Shown here piece by piece: positions 17,649 to 28,407 of a stretch of 64,000 nucleotides of DNA. The position numbers were made by a program, and so were the translations under genes. Source of the DNA: an uncultured Planctomycetales bacterium. GTDB lineage: Bacteria; Omnitrophota; Gorgyraeia; Zapsychrales; JBDRMG01. The DNA is taken from the NCBI GenBank assembly GCA_964478715.1, contig CAYZIY010000001.1, positions 9,088 through 73,087 of the forward strand, read 5' to 3'. How positions within the stretch are numbered: position 1 is the first letter of the stretch; every line of letters begins with the position of its first letter. Under the pieces are notes generated by a model. That model saw only the letters and a list, made by a program, of their open reading frames with translations. It was not told where the DNA came from and searched no databases.

Positions 17649-18941
17649 ATGATTGATCGCTACACATTATCCCGCATGGGAAGCATTTGGTCAGAAAAAC
17701 ATAAACTGGATATCATGCTCAAGATTGAGGTTCTGGCCTGCGAAGCCATATCAAAATTGGGCATGATACCCAAACAGGCTTTGGAAAAAATAAAGAAGAA
17801 AGCCAAATATGATATCGATCAGGTTAAGCGCATTGAAGAAAAAACCAAACACGATGTTGTGGCTTTAATTGTGAATATTGGCGAACACTTGGGTCCCGAA
17901 GCGCGTTATTTGCATATGGGATTAACGAGTTCGGATCTTTTGGACACTTCGCTTTCGGTTCAGTGCGTTGAAGCTTGCGATATTTTGATTTCAGATTTGA
18001 AAAAACTTCTGGCTGTTTTAAAATCGAAAGCCAAGAAATATAGAGACACCGTTTGCGTGGCCCGGACGCACGGCGTGCATGCCGAACCGACTACATTCGG
18101 CTTGAAGGTTCTGGTTTGGTATGATGAGTGCCGCCGGAATCTCGAACGTCTGGAGCAGGCCAGAGAAATCATGCGTATTGGAAAATTATCTGGAGCGGTA
18201 GGTACATATGCCAATGTCGATCCCAGCGTGGAAGAATATGTCTGCAAGAAACTTGACTTGAAATCGGCCAATGTGGCCACTCAAATTATCCAGAGAGATC
18301 ATCATTGCCAATTTATCAATACCTTGGCGATTATCGGTTGTACATTGAACAAAATCGCCACTGAAATTAGATTGTTGCAGAAAACCGAAGTCTTGGAAGT
18401 CGAAGAACCATTCTTCAAAGGGCAGATCGGTTCATCCGCTATGCCGCACAAAAGGAACCCGGTTACTTGCGAGAGAATTACTGGTCTTTCCCGATTGCTG
18501 CGCTCCAATGCCCAGGCTGCTTTTGAGAATATTAACTTATGGCATGAGCGAGATATCAGTCATTCGTCGGTAGAGAGAGTGATTATTCCCGACAGTACAG
18601 TCATTCTCAATTATATGTTCCATAAATTGACTCCTGTTCTTGACGGTCTGCTTGTCTATCCGAAAAATATGATTGCCTCTTTGACCAAAACCCGTGGTCT
18701 GATTCATTCTCAGCGAGTTCTCTTGGAATTGATGAAAAAGGGACTGACCCGCGATGAAGCTTATGGAATTATTCAACGTTGCGCGATGCAGGTCTGGCAG
18801 GAAACTTCGCATTTTAAGGATGTTTTGGTGCGTGATCGCAAAATCCGCAAACATCTTAGCGGTACCGAAATCGACAAGTGTTTTGACATCAAGTATTATA
18901 TCCGTCACAAAGACAAAATTTATAAGAAAGTAGGGTTCTGA
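17649..18941 (+). CDS. purB: Adenylosuccinate lyase
   Basis: 'MIDRY', 'RTHGVHAEPTTFG', 'GSSAMPHKRNP'. Confidence 0.97.
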   Translation: MIDRYTLSRMGSIWSEKHKLDIMLKIEVLACEAISKLGMIPKQALEKIKKKAKYDIDQVKRIEEKTKHDVVALIVNIGEHLGPEARYLHMGLTSSDLLDTSLSVQCVEACDILISDLKKLLAVLKSKAKKYRDTVCVARTHGVHAEPTTFGLKVLVWYDECRRNLERLEQAREIMRIGKLSGAVGTYANVDPSVEEYVCKKLDLKSANVATQIIQRDHHCQFINTLAIIGCTLNKIATEIRLLQKTEVLEVEEPFFKGQIGSSAMPHKRNPVTCERITGLSRLLRSNAQAAFENINLWHERDISHSSVERVIIPDSTVILNYMFHKLTPVLDGLLVYPKNMIASLTKTRGLIHSQRVLLELMKKGLTRDEAYGIIQRCAMQVWQETSHFKDVLVRDRKIRKHLSGTEIDKCFDIKYYIRHKDKIYKKVGF

Positions 18942-19645
18942 TGGAAAAGAAAGAAAAAATATACGAAGGCAAGGCCAAGATCCTTTATCAAACTGACGAT
19001 GAAAATTATCTCATTCAGTATTTCAAAGATGATGCCACGGCTTTTAATGCCGCCAAGAAGGGTACGATTAAAGAAAAGGGGATTATCAATAACCAGATTT
19101 CATCCAAGATTTTTCAGTATTTGGAATCGGAGGGGATTCCCACCCATTTCGTTAAGAAGCTTAGTGACCGCGAGATGCTCATCAAGAATGTCAAAATCGT
19201 TCCGCTGGAAGTGATTATCCGCAATGTCGCGGCTGGGTCCTTATGCCGCCTACTGAATCTGGAAGAAGGAAGAGCTCTGGCCTGTCCGACTTTCGAGCTT
19301 TGCTACAAGGAAGATTCTCTTAATGATCCTCTGATCAACGAGTATCATGTTCGGGCTCTCGGGCTGGCGGAAGATAAGGAACTGAAGATCATGAAGGATT
19401 ACAGCTTTAAGATTAATGAACTGATGAAAAAGTTTTTTTCGGCAGTCAATGTCGATCTCGTTGATTTTAAACTGGAGTTTGGCCGTTATCAAGGTGAGAT
19501 TATTCTGGCTGACGAAATTTCTCCCGATACCTGCCGCTTGTGGGAGAAAGGGACGGGACGCAAGCTGGATAAGGATCGCTTCCGCAAAGATCTCGGAAAT
19601 ATCGAGGAGGCCTACCAGGAAATTTTAAGCCGAGTCAGTCCGTAG
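18941..19645 (+). CDS. purC: SAICAR synthetase
   Basis: 'YEGKAK', 'DFKLEFG', 'LADEISPDTCRLW'. Confidence 0.97.
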   Translation: MEKKEKIYEGKAKILYQTDDENYLIQYFKDDATAFNAAKKGTIKEKGIINNQISSKIFQYLESEGIPTHFVKKLSDREMLIKNVKIVPLEVIIRNVAAGSLCRLLNLEEGRALACPTFELCYKEDSLNDPLINEYHVRALGLAEDKELKIMKDYSFKINELMKKFFSAVNVDLVDFKLEFGRYQGEIILADEISPDTCRLWEKGTGRKLDKDRFRKDLGNIEEAYQEILSRVSP

Positions 19646-19707
19646 AAATTCCTTCTTTGGCAGTACATCTTAAATAATTTCATTTCTTAACAGTCATAAA
19701 GGGTATC

Positions 19708-22611
19708 ATGATCTGGCGCGTTGAAATAAAAGAGCAAGCCGGTGTTGTCGACTCTGTCGGTGAGGGGCTCTTAAAAGATATTCAGGATTGTGGGATTCGC
19801 GGCATCAAGCGGGTGAACGTTTTTCCGGTCTATCTGGTTGACGGAGAACTGGACTATGGGCAGATCGAGAGGATTGCCCGCGATCTTTTTGTGGATCCTG
19901 TCATCGAAAACTATTTGATTGAGCCTGCCTCCGAAGTCCGATTCCAAGAAACAACAGAAGAGAAAATAATCGAGATTGCCTATAATCCGGGTGTTATGGA
20001 TCCGGTGGAAGCGTCCACTTTAAAAGGAATCCGTGATTTGGGAATCCAGGGGGTGCGCAGTATCCGTACCGCCAAAAAATATGTTTTAGCCGGACGGATT
20101 AATAAAAAAGAACTCAGGATTATCATCGGCAAAGTCCTCTCCAATAAACTAATTCAATATCAAATTGATCTTCAAAAAAAAGACCGTTACCAATTTTCTC
20201 TCGGGTGTTCACCAAGAGGATGGAAGCTTAAGCATGTTGATCTGCTTCAAGCCGGTGACCGTAAACTCAAAGAGATCAGCCGTCGGGGACAACTGTTTTT
20301 AAATCTCGATGAAATGAAGGCTATCCAGAAATATTTCAAAAAGATTAAACGCGACCCCACCGATTGCGAGCTTGAGACGATTGCGCAGACCTGGAGCGAA
20401 CACTGCCATCACAAAACGTTCCGCGGAAACATTCAGTATACGGTTAAGGAGAACGGCCGGATCAAAAAAAAGATGATCCGCAATTTGCTGAAGTCAACGA
20501 TTATGAAAGCGACCCAGAAGATCAATAAATCCTGGTGTGTTTCTGTTTTTCACGACAATGCCGGGGTAATCGAATTTGATCGAAAGAATCATGTTTGTTT
20601 CAAGGTGGAGACCCATAATCATCCATCGGCTTTGGAGCCTTTTGGCGGTGCCAATACGGGAATCGGAGGGGTGATCCGCGATATTCTGGGAACCGGTTTA
20701 GGCGGCCGGCCGATTTGCAATACCGATGTATTCTGCTTTGCGCCGCCGGAATATCCTTACCGGAAGCTTCCTCAGGGGACGCTTCATCCCAAAAGAGTGA
20801 TGAAAGGGGTTGTGAGCGGGGTGAGAGATTACGGCAACAAAATGGGTATTCCTACCGTTAACGGGGCGATTCTTTTTGATGAACGGTTTGTCGGCAATCC
20901 TTTGGTTTATTGCGGCACCGTGGGTTTAATTCCTAAAAATCGTGTTCATAAAAAAGCGTGCAAAGGCGATTTGATTGTGGTCTTAGGTGGGCGCACCGGC
21001 CGTGACGGGATTCATGGAGCTACTTTCTCTTCCGGAGAGTTAACGCATGAGTCTGAGACGGTGTCTTCCGGAGCCGTTCAGATCGGTGATCCCATTCAGG
21101 AAAAGAAAACGCTGGATGCTCTGATGCAGGCACGCGACAGGGGGCTTTACACCGCTGTAACCGATTGCGGAGCGGGAGGACTTTCTTCAGCTGTCGGAGA
21201 GATGGCGCAGAAATTGGGCGCCCAGGTGGATCTGGAAAAGGCCCCTCTGAAATACGAGGGTTTAAGTTATGATGAAATATGGATTTCCGAATCGCAGGAA
21301 CGTATGGTGTTGGCGGTTCATCCTTCCAAGCTGAAAGCTCTCTTGAAGATTTGCAAAAAAGAAAATGTAGAAGCGGCCGTTATCGGCACATTCACAGGAT
21401 CCAAACGTCTGGAACTTTATTTTCATGGTGTTTGTGTAACTAATTTAGATATGGGCTTTCTCCATGACGGTATTCCCAAAACAATCAAAAAGGCTCAATG
21501 GAAACCTCGGCGGATGCATGAACCAAAATTATCATGCCCCAGAGATTTGACGGATGCTTTGCATAGATCTTTACATCATCTCAATATTTGTTCCAAGGAA
21601 TGGGTGATTCGTCAATATGATCATGAAGTCCAGGGGGCGAGTGTCATTAAGCCTTTATGCGGTATTAAGGCTGATGGGCCGTCGGATGCCAGCGTGCTTC
21701 AACCGGATCGAAAATCATCCAAGGGACTAGCGGTCGCCAACGGAATCAATATTTCTTATGGCAAGATCGATCCTTTTTGGATGGCGGTTTCCTGTATTGA
21801 CGAGGCGATTCGTCAAATTGTGGCTTCGGGAGGATCTCTGGATCGTATCGCCATTTTAGATAATTTTTGCTGGGGTAATCCGGATAAGCCGGATCGCCTG
21901 GGGGCCTTGGTTCGTGCCTCTTACGGGTGCCTGGAAGCATCTCTGAAATACAAAACACCCTTTATCTCCGGGAAAGACAGTTTGAATAATGAATACACGT
22001 ATCAGAGAAAGTCCATATCGATTCCCGGGACCTTGTTGATTTCGGCCATTGGCGTGGTTGATGATGTTGATAAATGCCTAACGGTGGATTTGAAATCCCC
22101 GGGTAATTTGATCTATTTGATGGGACAGACAAAAAACGAATTGGGCGGTTCGATTTATTATGATCTTCATAAACTTTTAGGCAAGAATGTGCCGAAGGTC
22201 GATTTCAGCCAGGGGATAAAGATATTTCGCCTTATCGAGAAAGCCGTAGCCCGTGGATGGCTGGCTGCCGCGCATGATTGTTCGGATGGCGGTCTGGCTG
22301 TGGCATTGGCCGAGATGGCCTTTAGCGGGGATTTAGGTGTAACCGTTTTCTTAAAAGAAGTTCCCTTCCAGGGAAGATCAGCGCGCAATGACACGCTTCT
22401 TTTCTCCGAATCAAATTCGCGCTTTGTGGTCGAAGTCAAAAGAGAACATCAAAAAGAATTTGAGAAATTGTGCAAGAATTTGCCGTGCGGCCTCATCGGC
22501 TGTGTGGATGAAAGAAATCTGTTTACTGTTTATGGATTGGATGGTAAGGTTTGTATTCAAGAGAAAATAGAAGCTTTCAAAACAAGTTGGAAAAGAAGAT
22601 TGGAGTGGTAG
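19708..22611 (+). CDS. purL: FGAM synthase PurL with N-terminal PurS-like domains
   Basis: 'QTWSEHCHHK', 'KVETHNHPSA', 'DCGAGG'; N-terminal PurS-like repeats ('DPVIENY', 'PGVMDP'). Confidence 0.95.
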   Translation: MIWRVEIKEQAGVVDSVGEGLLKDIQDCGIRGIKRVNVFPVYLVDGELDYGQIERIARDLFVDPVIENYLIEPASEVRFQETTEEKIIEIAYNPGVMDPVEASTLKGIRDLGIQGVRSIRTAKKYVLAGRINKKELRIIIGKVLSNKLIQYQIDLQKKDRYQFSLGCSPRGWKLKHVDLLQAGDRKLKEISRRGQLFLNLDEMKAIQKYFKKIKRDPTDCELETIAQTWSEHCHHKTFRGNIQYTVKENGRIKKKMIRNLLKSTIMKATQKINKSWCVSVFHDNAGVIEFDRKNHVCFKVETHNHPSALEPFGGANTGIGGVIRDILGTGLGGRPICNTDVFCFAPPEYPYRKLPQGTLHPKRVMKGVVSGVRDYGNKMGIPTVNGAILFDERFVGNPLVYCGTVGLIPKNRVHKKACKGDLIVVLGGRTGRDGIHGATFSSGELTHESETVSSGAVQIGDPIQEKKTLDALMQARDRGLYTAVTDCGAGGLSSAVGEMAQKLGAQVDLEKAPLKYEGLSYDEIWISESQERMVLAVHPSKLKALLKICKKENVEAAVIGTFTGSKRLELYFHGVCVTNLDMGFLHDGIPKTIKKAQWKPRRMHEPKLSCPRDLTDALHRSLHHLNICSKEWVIRQYDHEVQGASVIKPLCGIKADGPSDASVLQPDRKSSKGLAVANGINISYGKIDPFWMAVSCIDEAIRQIVASGGSLDRIAILDNFCWGNPDKPDRLGALVRASYGCLEASLKYKTPFISGKDSLNNEYTYQRKSISIPGTLLISAIGVVDDVDKCLTVDLKSPGNLIYLMGQTKNELGGSIYYDLHKLLGKNVPKVDFSQGIKIFRLIEKAVARGWLAAAHDCSDGGLAVALAEMAFSGDLGVTVFLKEVPFQGRSARNDTLLFSESNSRFVVEVKREHQKEFEKLCKNLPCGLIGCVDERNLFTVYGLDGKVCIQEKIEAFKTSWKRRLEW

Positions 22612-22614
22612 TCT

Positions 22615-23274
22615 ATGCGCAATCGTCGTCGTGGCAAAGATGATTTAAGAATGGAGGATCCCTGGAGGGTTTTTCGTATTATGGCGGAGTTTGTCGACGG
22701 GTTTGATACGCTTTCAAGAATTGGTCCGGCGGTAACGATGTTCGGTAGCGCCCGTTTAAAACCCAGCCACAAGGCCTATCGTCAGGCAGAAAAAACCGCT
22801 TACCTGTTAGCCAAAGAGAAATACGCGGTGATCACAGGCGGCGGTCCGGGCATTATGGAGGCCGCCAACAAAGGAGCGTATAAAGCTAAAGGAGCATCAG
22901 TCGGTTTAAATATCGATTTGCCTTATGAGCAGGTGCCCAATGCTTACTTAAGCACGGTGATGGGATTTCACTATTTCTTTTGCCGGAAAGTGATGTTTGT
23001 CAAATACGCCAGGGCCTTTGTTATTTTTCCCGGCGGTTTCGGTACTTTGGATGAATTCTTTGAAAGCATTACTCTCATTCAGACCAAGCGCATGGGGCGA
23101 TTTCCCGTTATTCTTTTTGGACAAGATTACTGGCAGGGGCTTGTCGTGTGGCTCAAAGAGACAGTGTTAAGAGAAAAATGTATTGACGCGGATGATTTCG
23201 ATATTTTCAGAATTGTTAACCGGCCCGAAGATGTCGTCAAAGAAATAAAAAGATTTTACCGCAAGAAACGTTAA
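22615..23274 (+). CDS. LOG-family (TIGR00730-type) nucleotide phosphoribohydrolase
   Basis: 'FGSAR', 'TGGGPGIMEAAN', 'PGGFGTLDE'. Confidence 0.9.
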   Translation: MRNRRRGKDDLRMEDPWRVFRIMAEFVDGFDTLSRIGPAVTMFGSARLKPSHKAYRQAEKTAYLLAKEKYAVITGGGPGIMEAANKGAYKAKGASVGLNIDLPYEQVPNAYLSTVMGFHYFFCRKVMFVKYARAFVIFPGGFGTLDEFFESITLIQTKRMGRFPVILFGQDYWQGLVVWLKETVLREKCIDADDFDIFRIVNRPEDVVKEIKRFYRKKR

Positions 23275-23277
23275 CCC

Positions 23278-24087
23278 ATGATCCGGAAAGTTTCCGTTGT
23301 CGTTTTAAGAACCGCAGGAACGAATTGTGATGCCGAGACGGTCTTTGCCTTTCAGTCGGTCGGTGCCCAGGTTGATTTGATTCATATGAATCAGATTCTC
23401 AGCCGTGAGAAGACCCTTGATGATTATCAGATCCTGGCTTTGCCCGGTGGATTCACTTATGGCGATGACATTGCGGCAGGACGCATTTTAGCTAATGAAC
23501 TGCGGCTGAAATTAAGCGACAAGCTGAGACAATTTCTTTCAGCAGGCAAATTGATTATCGGAATCTGCAACGGTTTTCAGGTGATGGTTAAGGCCGGACT
23601 GTTGCCAAATACGAATGCCGGTTGCAAGCAGGGAACATTTCACCAAACGGTGACCTTAATGCGCAATGATTCGGCGAAATTCGAGGATCGCTGGGTTCAT
23701 TTGAAATGTTCCGGCCGCTGTCAGTGGACCAAAAATATTGATCGGGTGGTCCGCTTTCCCGTGGCTCATGGAGAGGGGAAGTTTGTCGTCAGAGATAAGA
23801 GCATGTTAAGAAAGCTCAAGGAAAATAATCAGATTGTGTTTCGTTACTGCTCGCCTGATGGTTTGCCGGCCGCTTATCCGGATAATCCCAATGGCTCAGA
23901 CGGCGATATTGCCGGCATTACGGATCCGACCGGCCGATGCTTAGGCTTGATGCCCCATCCTGAACGTCATTTTCTTTTTTCCCAGCATCCCTCCTGGAGC
24001 AGGAGAAAGAAAACTTCGCGTTTTGGCGATGGAGCCCTTATCTTTCAAAATGGCGTTGATTATGTGAAAGAGGCGCTTCTCTCATGA
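23278..24087 (+). CDS. purQ: FGAM synthase glutaminase subunit PurQ
   Basis: 'GTNCD', 'PGGFTYGD', 'GICNGFQ', 'GLMPHPER'. Confidence 0.97.
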   Translation: MIRKVSVVVLRTAGTNCDAETVFAFQSVGAQVDLIHMNQILSREKTLDDYQILALPGGFTYGDDIAAGRILANELRLKLSDKLRQFLSAGKLIIGICNGFQVMVKAGLLPNTNAGCKQGTFHQTVTLMRNDSAKFEDRWVHLKCSGRCQWTKNIDRVVRFPVAHGEGKFVVRDKSMLRKLKENNQIVFRYCSPDGLPAAYPDNPNGSDGDIAGITDPTGRCLGLMPHPERHFLFSQHPSWSRRKKTSRFGDGALIFQNGVDYVKEALLS

Positions 24088-25085
24088 AAAAGAAAGCGAC
24101 TTATAAGGAAAGCGGTGTTGATATTAAGAAAGCGGATCGGTTCGTGCGATCGATTGCCCGTATGAACCGTTCCTTGCAAAAGAAATCGGGCAAAAAACTT
24201 CAGGCTCCGTTCGGCTCTTTATATCCCCTGGAGCTTAAAAAATATCGTCAACCGGTTTTGGTTTCCTCATCAGACGGTGTGGGGACAAAATTGATGGTGG
24301 CCCATTTGGTCGGGAGGCACGATAGCGTTGGGATCGATTGCGTGGCCATGAATGTCAATGATATTCTTTGCTGCGGCGCGCGGCCTCTTTTTTTTCTCGA
24401 TTATATTGCCTGTGGTCGTTTAAGACCAAAAATTCTTAATCAGGTAATGCGCAGCGTTATTGAGGGCTGCCGGCAGGCTGGTTGTCTTTTGCTCGGTGGA
24501 GAAACCGCCGAGATGCCGGGGATATATCACAAGGATGATTATGATCTGGCTGGTTTTGCTTGCGGCATTGTTGAGCGTGGCAAAATCGTCGATGGATCGC
24601 GGATTAAAAAAGGTGATCTTGTTTTGGGATTAGCTTCCAGCGGTCCGCACTCCAACGGTTTTTCTCTTTTGCGAAAAGTCTTGAGTAAGAAACAAAAAAA
24701 GCAATACGCCTCGGCTATTTTGGAGCCGACGCGAATTTATGTCAAACCGGTGGTCAATTTGTTTCAGAAATATTCGCTTAAGGGTATGGCGCATATTACC
24801 GGAGGCGCTTTTTATGAAAAGTTGGGAAAGATTATTCCTCGGGGACTTTGTGCGCGAATCGATATTTCATCCTGGGAGATTCCCGAAATTTTCCAGGTCA
24901 TTCAAAAACAGGGAAATATTACCAAAAGAGAAATGTTTAGCACCTTCAATATGGGTATCGGATTTGTCTGCGTGGTGGCTTCATCGGATGCCAAAAAGAT
25001 TCAGAGATCTTTGAGCCGGCAGAAAGTGGCATCCTGGGTGATCGGGGAAATTATTATCAATAAAATCAAACGGATTGTTTTATGA
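24084..25085 (+). CDS. purM: AIR synthetase
   Basis: 'YKESGVDI', 'DGVGTK', 'GGETAEMP', 'HITGG'. Confidence 0.97.
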   Translation: MKKKATYKESGVDIKKADRFVRSIARMNRSLQKKSGKKLQAPFGSLYPLELKKYRQPVLVSSSDGVGTKLMVAHLVGRHDSVGIDCVAMNVNDILCCGARPLFFLDYIACGRLRPKILNQVMRSVIEGCRQAGCLLLGGETAEMPGIYHKDDYDLAGFACGIVERGKIVDGSRIKKGDLVLGLASSGPHSNGFSLLRKVLSKKQKKQYASAILEPTRIYVKPVVNLFQKYSLKGMAHITGGAFYEKLGKIIPRGLCARIDISSWEIPEIFQVIQKQGNITKREMFSTFNMGIGFVCVVASSDAKKIQRSLSRQKVASWVIGEIIINKIKRIVL

Positions 25086-26389
25086 ATGTTTTCATTGTCG
25101 GCTCCGGTGGTCGCGAACATGTTTTGGCTTGGAAAATCAAGCCATCTTCTCTCGTTGACCGGATTTTCTGCGTGCCGGGAAACGGCGGCATGGCCCAGAT
25201 ATCGACGTGTGAAGATATTAAAGCCGATGATATTAAGGGATTATTAGACTTTGCCAAGAAAAATAAGGTGGATTTGACCGTAGTGGGTCCTGAGGTGAGC
25301 TTGGCTGCAGGTATAGTGGATATTTTTGAGAAAGAGGGATTAAAGATTTTTGGGCCGAGTCAGAAAGCCGCTCGTCTAGAATCCAGCAAGATATTTGCCA
25401 AAGAATTTATGAAAAAATATGCGATTCCCACAGCGTGCTTTGAGCGGTTCGATGATCCGCAGGATGCCTATCAATATCTTGATCAGGCTCAATTTCCCGT
25501 TGTGATCAAGGCGGACGGTTTGGCTGCAGGTAAGGGTGTGATTATTGCCGATGACAAAAAGCAGGCCCGGGCGGGGGTTGAAGACATGATGGAGAAAAAG
25601 ATTTTTCAAGAGGCGGGCCGTTCCATCATCATCGAAGAATGCTTGAAGGGCCAGGAGGCTTCGATTTTGGCTATCAGCGACGGGGATCATTTCGTTCTTT
25701 TGGATTCCTCTCAGGATCATAAGAGGATTTTTGACCAGGACCAAGGACCGAACACCGGTGGGATGGGAGCTTATTCTCCGGCTCCGATTGTAACCGATCG
25801 GCTTATCGGTGATATTGAAAAAACAATCATCGCGCCGGTGATTGAAGGAATGAAAAAAGAAGGTACTCCTTTTAAAGGAGTTTTATATGCGGGATTAATG
25901 ATCACTGATCAGGGGCCGAAGGTATTGGAATTCAATGTTCGCTTCGGGGATCCGGAGGCGCAGGCGGTGATTCCCCGGATTCAAAGCGATTTGGTGGAGA
26001 TTCTTCTGGCGGCATGCGAGGGTCGTTTAGATCAGATCAATATCCGCTGGGATCCTCGATTTTGTGTTTGCGTTGTTATGAGTTCTGCAGGCTACCCCGG
26101 TGCGTATGAGAAGAAGAAAGAGATAGCGGGATTGGAGCATTTTTTGAAAGCGGAGGATGTTGTTGTTTTTCATGCCGGAACAAAAAGACAGGAGGAAAAG
26201 ATTATTACATCCGGAGGACGCGTTCTCGGAGTGACCGCTCTGGGTGAAGATATCGAAAAGGCGATCGAACGGGTTTATCAGGCTGTGGAAAAAATTCATT
26301 TTGACGGGTGTTATTTCAGACGGGATATCGCGGCCAAGGCATTGGCGGGCATAGGTAACAGAAAGGAGTTGCGATGTTGGTTCAAGTAG
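25082..26389 (+). CDS. purD: Phosphoribosylamine-glycine ligase
   Basis: 'GSGGREH', 'KADGLAAGKGV', 'GPNTGGMGAYSP'. Confidence 0.97.
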   Translation: MNVFIVGSGGREHVLAWKIKPSSLVDRIFCVPGNGGMAQISTCEDIKADDIKGLLDFAKKNKVDLTVVGPEVSLAAGIVDIFEKEGLKIFGPSQKAARLESSKIFAKEFMKKYAIPTACFERFDDPQDAYQYLDQAQFPVVIKADGLAAGKGVIIADDKKQARAGVEDMMEKKIFQEAGRSIIIEECLKGQEASILAISDGDHFVLLDSSQDHKRIFDQDQGPNTGGMGAYSPAPIVTDRLIGDIEKTIIAPVIEGMKKEGTPFKGVLYAGLMITDQGPKVLEFNVRFGDPEAQAVIPRIQSDLVEILLAACEGRLDQINIRWDPRFCVCVVMSSAGYPGAYEKKKEIAGLEHFLKAEDVVVFHAGTKRQEEKIITSGGRVLGVTALGEDIEKAIERVYQAVEKIHFDGCYFRRDIAAKALAGIGNRKELRCWFK

Positions 26390-26859
26390 CGATTTTAATG
26401 GGCAGCGAATCGGATCTGCCGACCATGAGCGAAGCGGGAAAAATTTTAAAGGAATTTGGCGTGGGTTTTGAAGTGCGCGTTCTTTCGGCTCATCGCACGC
26501 CGGATGAAACCGCGCAGTATGCGAAAGATTTAAAGAGTCGGGGCGTTAAGGTGGTTATTGCCGGTGCAGGCGGTTCGGCCGCTTTGGCCGGATTTCTTGC
26601 CTCGGTCAGCCCGCTTCCGGTCATCGGCGTGCCCATTGAAACCTCGGCCTTAAACGGATTAGATTCTTTGTTATCGACTGTGCAAATGCCTCCGGGTGTT
26701 CCGGTGGGGAGTGTGGCCATTGGTAAACCCGGAGCCAAAAACGCTGCTCTTTTAGCTTTACGCATTATGGCTTTAAGCGATGAGGGAATAACAAAGAAGC
26801 TGGAGCAATACAAGAAGGTCAGAGCGGAAAGAATTTTAAAGACAAAGGTTGAAATTTGA
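26374..26859 (+). CDS. purE: N5-CAIR mutase
   Basis: 'MGSESDL', 'SAHRTP', 'STVQMPPGVPV'. Confidence 0.97.
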   Translation: MLVQVAILMGSESDLPTMSEAGKILKEFGVGFEVRVLSAHRTPDETAQYAKDLKSRGVKVVIAGAGGSAALAGFLASVSPLPVIGVPIETSALNGLDSLLSTVQMPPGVPVGSVAIGKPGAKNAALLALRIMALSDEGITKKLEQYKKVRAERILKTKVEI

Positions 26860-27920
26860 AAACCAAAGTTCTTTTGATTCATCCGAATTTTCCGGAAAAT
26901 GACAAAATCGCCCAGTGCGCCAAAGTTTTGCAAAAGGGCGGGTTGGTTGTTTTTCCGACGGAGACTGTTTACGGCATCGCCGCCAATTATCGTCATCAAA
27001 AGGCCCTGAATCGACTCCGAAAGATTAAAGACAGGGAAGAAGACAAGCCGTTTTCTGTCTTGGTGTCAAAAAAAGAAGATGCCGATGAGTTGGCTGATAT
27101 CAAAAATTACCGCGCTTATAAGCTGATTGATCAGTATTGGCCCGGCCCCTTGACGATTGTGGCAGACTCTAAAGAAGAGGGGCAAACAATCGGATTGCGC
27201 ATGCCGCATAATATCATTGCGCTTTATTTGGCCCGTCAGGCCGAGTGTTCCCTGGTGGCTCCTTCGGCTAATCGCCGGGGGCAAAAACCGCCTTCGACCT
27301 GTCAGGAGGCTTTGGCTAATCTGGAGGGGGAAGTGGAGCTGGCGATCGACGGAGGTCCGGCCGACTTCGGGGAATCCTCGACGGTTGTGAGGATGACAAG
27401 GAGTGAGCCGGAGATTCTGCGGCCCGGTCCTGTGACTCTTGAGGCGATCAAAAAAACAGTGGACAAAAAGAATATCCTTTTTGTTTGTACCGGCAACAGT
27501 TGCCGGTCGGTGATGGCGGAATATCTTTTAAGAAAAAGACTGGCCGGTCGTAATGATGCTGAGGTGGCTTCGGCCGGCACGAGTGTTTTTGTCAGCATCA
27601 ATGCGTCCCGGGAAACCGTCGCGCTTTTAAAGGAAATCGGTATGAATGCCAAAGAACATCATTCCAAACCGATTCAGCCGATTCAGCTTAAGAAAAGCGA
27701 TTTGATTTTTGTTATGACCCGTTCGCAGAGGCAGCATATTATTTCTCAGGTGCCGGCGGTGGCTCATCGGGTTTTTTTGCTTAAGGAATTCGACAATGAA
27801 TCCGTTGTCAGCGAAGAAGATCTGGATATTCCGGACCCGGTTGGTCAGTCGATGGATGTTTACAGGGAATGTTTTGGAGTGATTAATGAATCAATGGAAA
27901 GGATTATGAAGCTGATATGA
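26856..27920 (+). CDS. tsaC: Threonylcarbamoyl-AMP synthase (TsaC/Sua5) fused to a low-molecular-weight protein phosphatase
   Basis: 'FPTETVYG', 'PGPLT', 'APSAN'; C-terminal 'FVCTGNSCRS' P-loop and 'DIPDP'. Confidence 0.9.
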   Translation: MKTKVLLIHPNFPENDKIAQCAKVLQKGGLVVFPTETVYGIAANYRHQKALNRLRKIKDREEDKPFSVLVSKKEDADELADIKNYRAYKLIDQYWPGPLTIVADSKEEGQTIGLRMPHNIIALYLARQAECSLVAPSANRRGQKPPSTCQEALANLEGEVELAIDGGPADFGESSTVVRMTRSEPEILRPGPVTLEAIKKTVDKKNILFVCTGNSCRSVMAEYLLRKRLAGRNDAEVASAGTSVFVSINASRETVALLKEIGMNAKEHHSKPIQPIQLKKSDLIFVMTRSQRQHIISQVPAVAHRVFLLKEFDNESVVSEEDLDIPDPVGQSMDVYRECFGVINESMERIMKLI

Positions 27921-28375
27921 CACTTTTTATCGGGGCGGATCATCGCGGATTTCAATTCAAAAAGAAATTAATAACGAAGCTGCAAAACGAAGGATACCGT
28001 TGCATGGACACAGGGGCATTCAATGAAAAGGAATCTTCGGATTATCCTGTTTTTGCCTTCGATGTGTCAAAGCGGGTGGCTGCCGCCAAAAAAACGCGAG
28101 GGATTCTGATCTGCATGACCGGTATCGGAAATGCCATTGCGGCTAATAAAGTGTGCGGTATCCGGGCGGCGCTTTGCTATAATGAAGAGGCCGCCCGGCT
28201 TTCCAGAGCGCACAATGACGCCAATGTGCTGGTTCTGCCGGCTAAGTTTGTCTCTTTTTCCAAGGCTCTTAAGATATGCAAGGCATGGCTGAAGGCGTCT
28301 TTTGAAGGCGGGCGACATGCCAGAAGGGTCAATATGATTAAGCGTTACGAAAAAAGCAAAACGAAAAGAAAATAA
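27917..28375 (+). CDS. rpiB: Ribose-5-phosphate isomerase B
   Basis: 'GADHRG', 'DYP', 'CMTGIG', 'HNDANVL', 'FEGGRHARR'. Confidence 0.95.
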   Translation: MTLFIGADHRGFQFKKKLITKLQNEGYRCMDTGAFNEKESSDYPVFAFDVSKRVAAAKKTRGILICMTGIGNAIAANKVCGIRAALCYNEEAARLSRAHNDANVLVLPAKFVSFSKALKICKAWLKASFEGGRHARRVNMIKRYEKSKTKRK

Positions 28376-28407
28376 ATTGAAAGCATTGGTATCAAGACGG
28401 AGGAATC

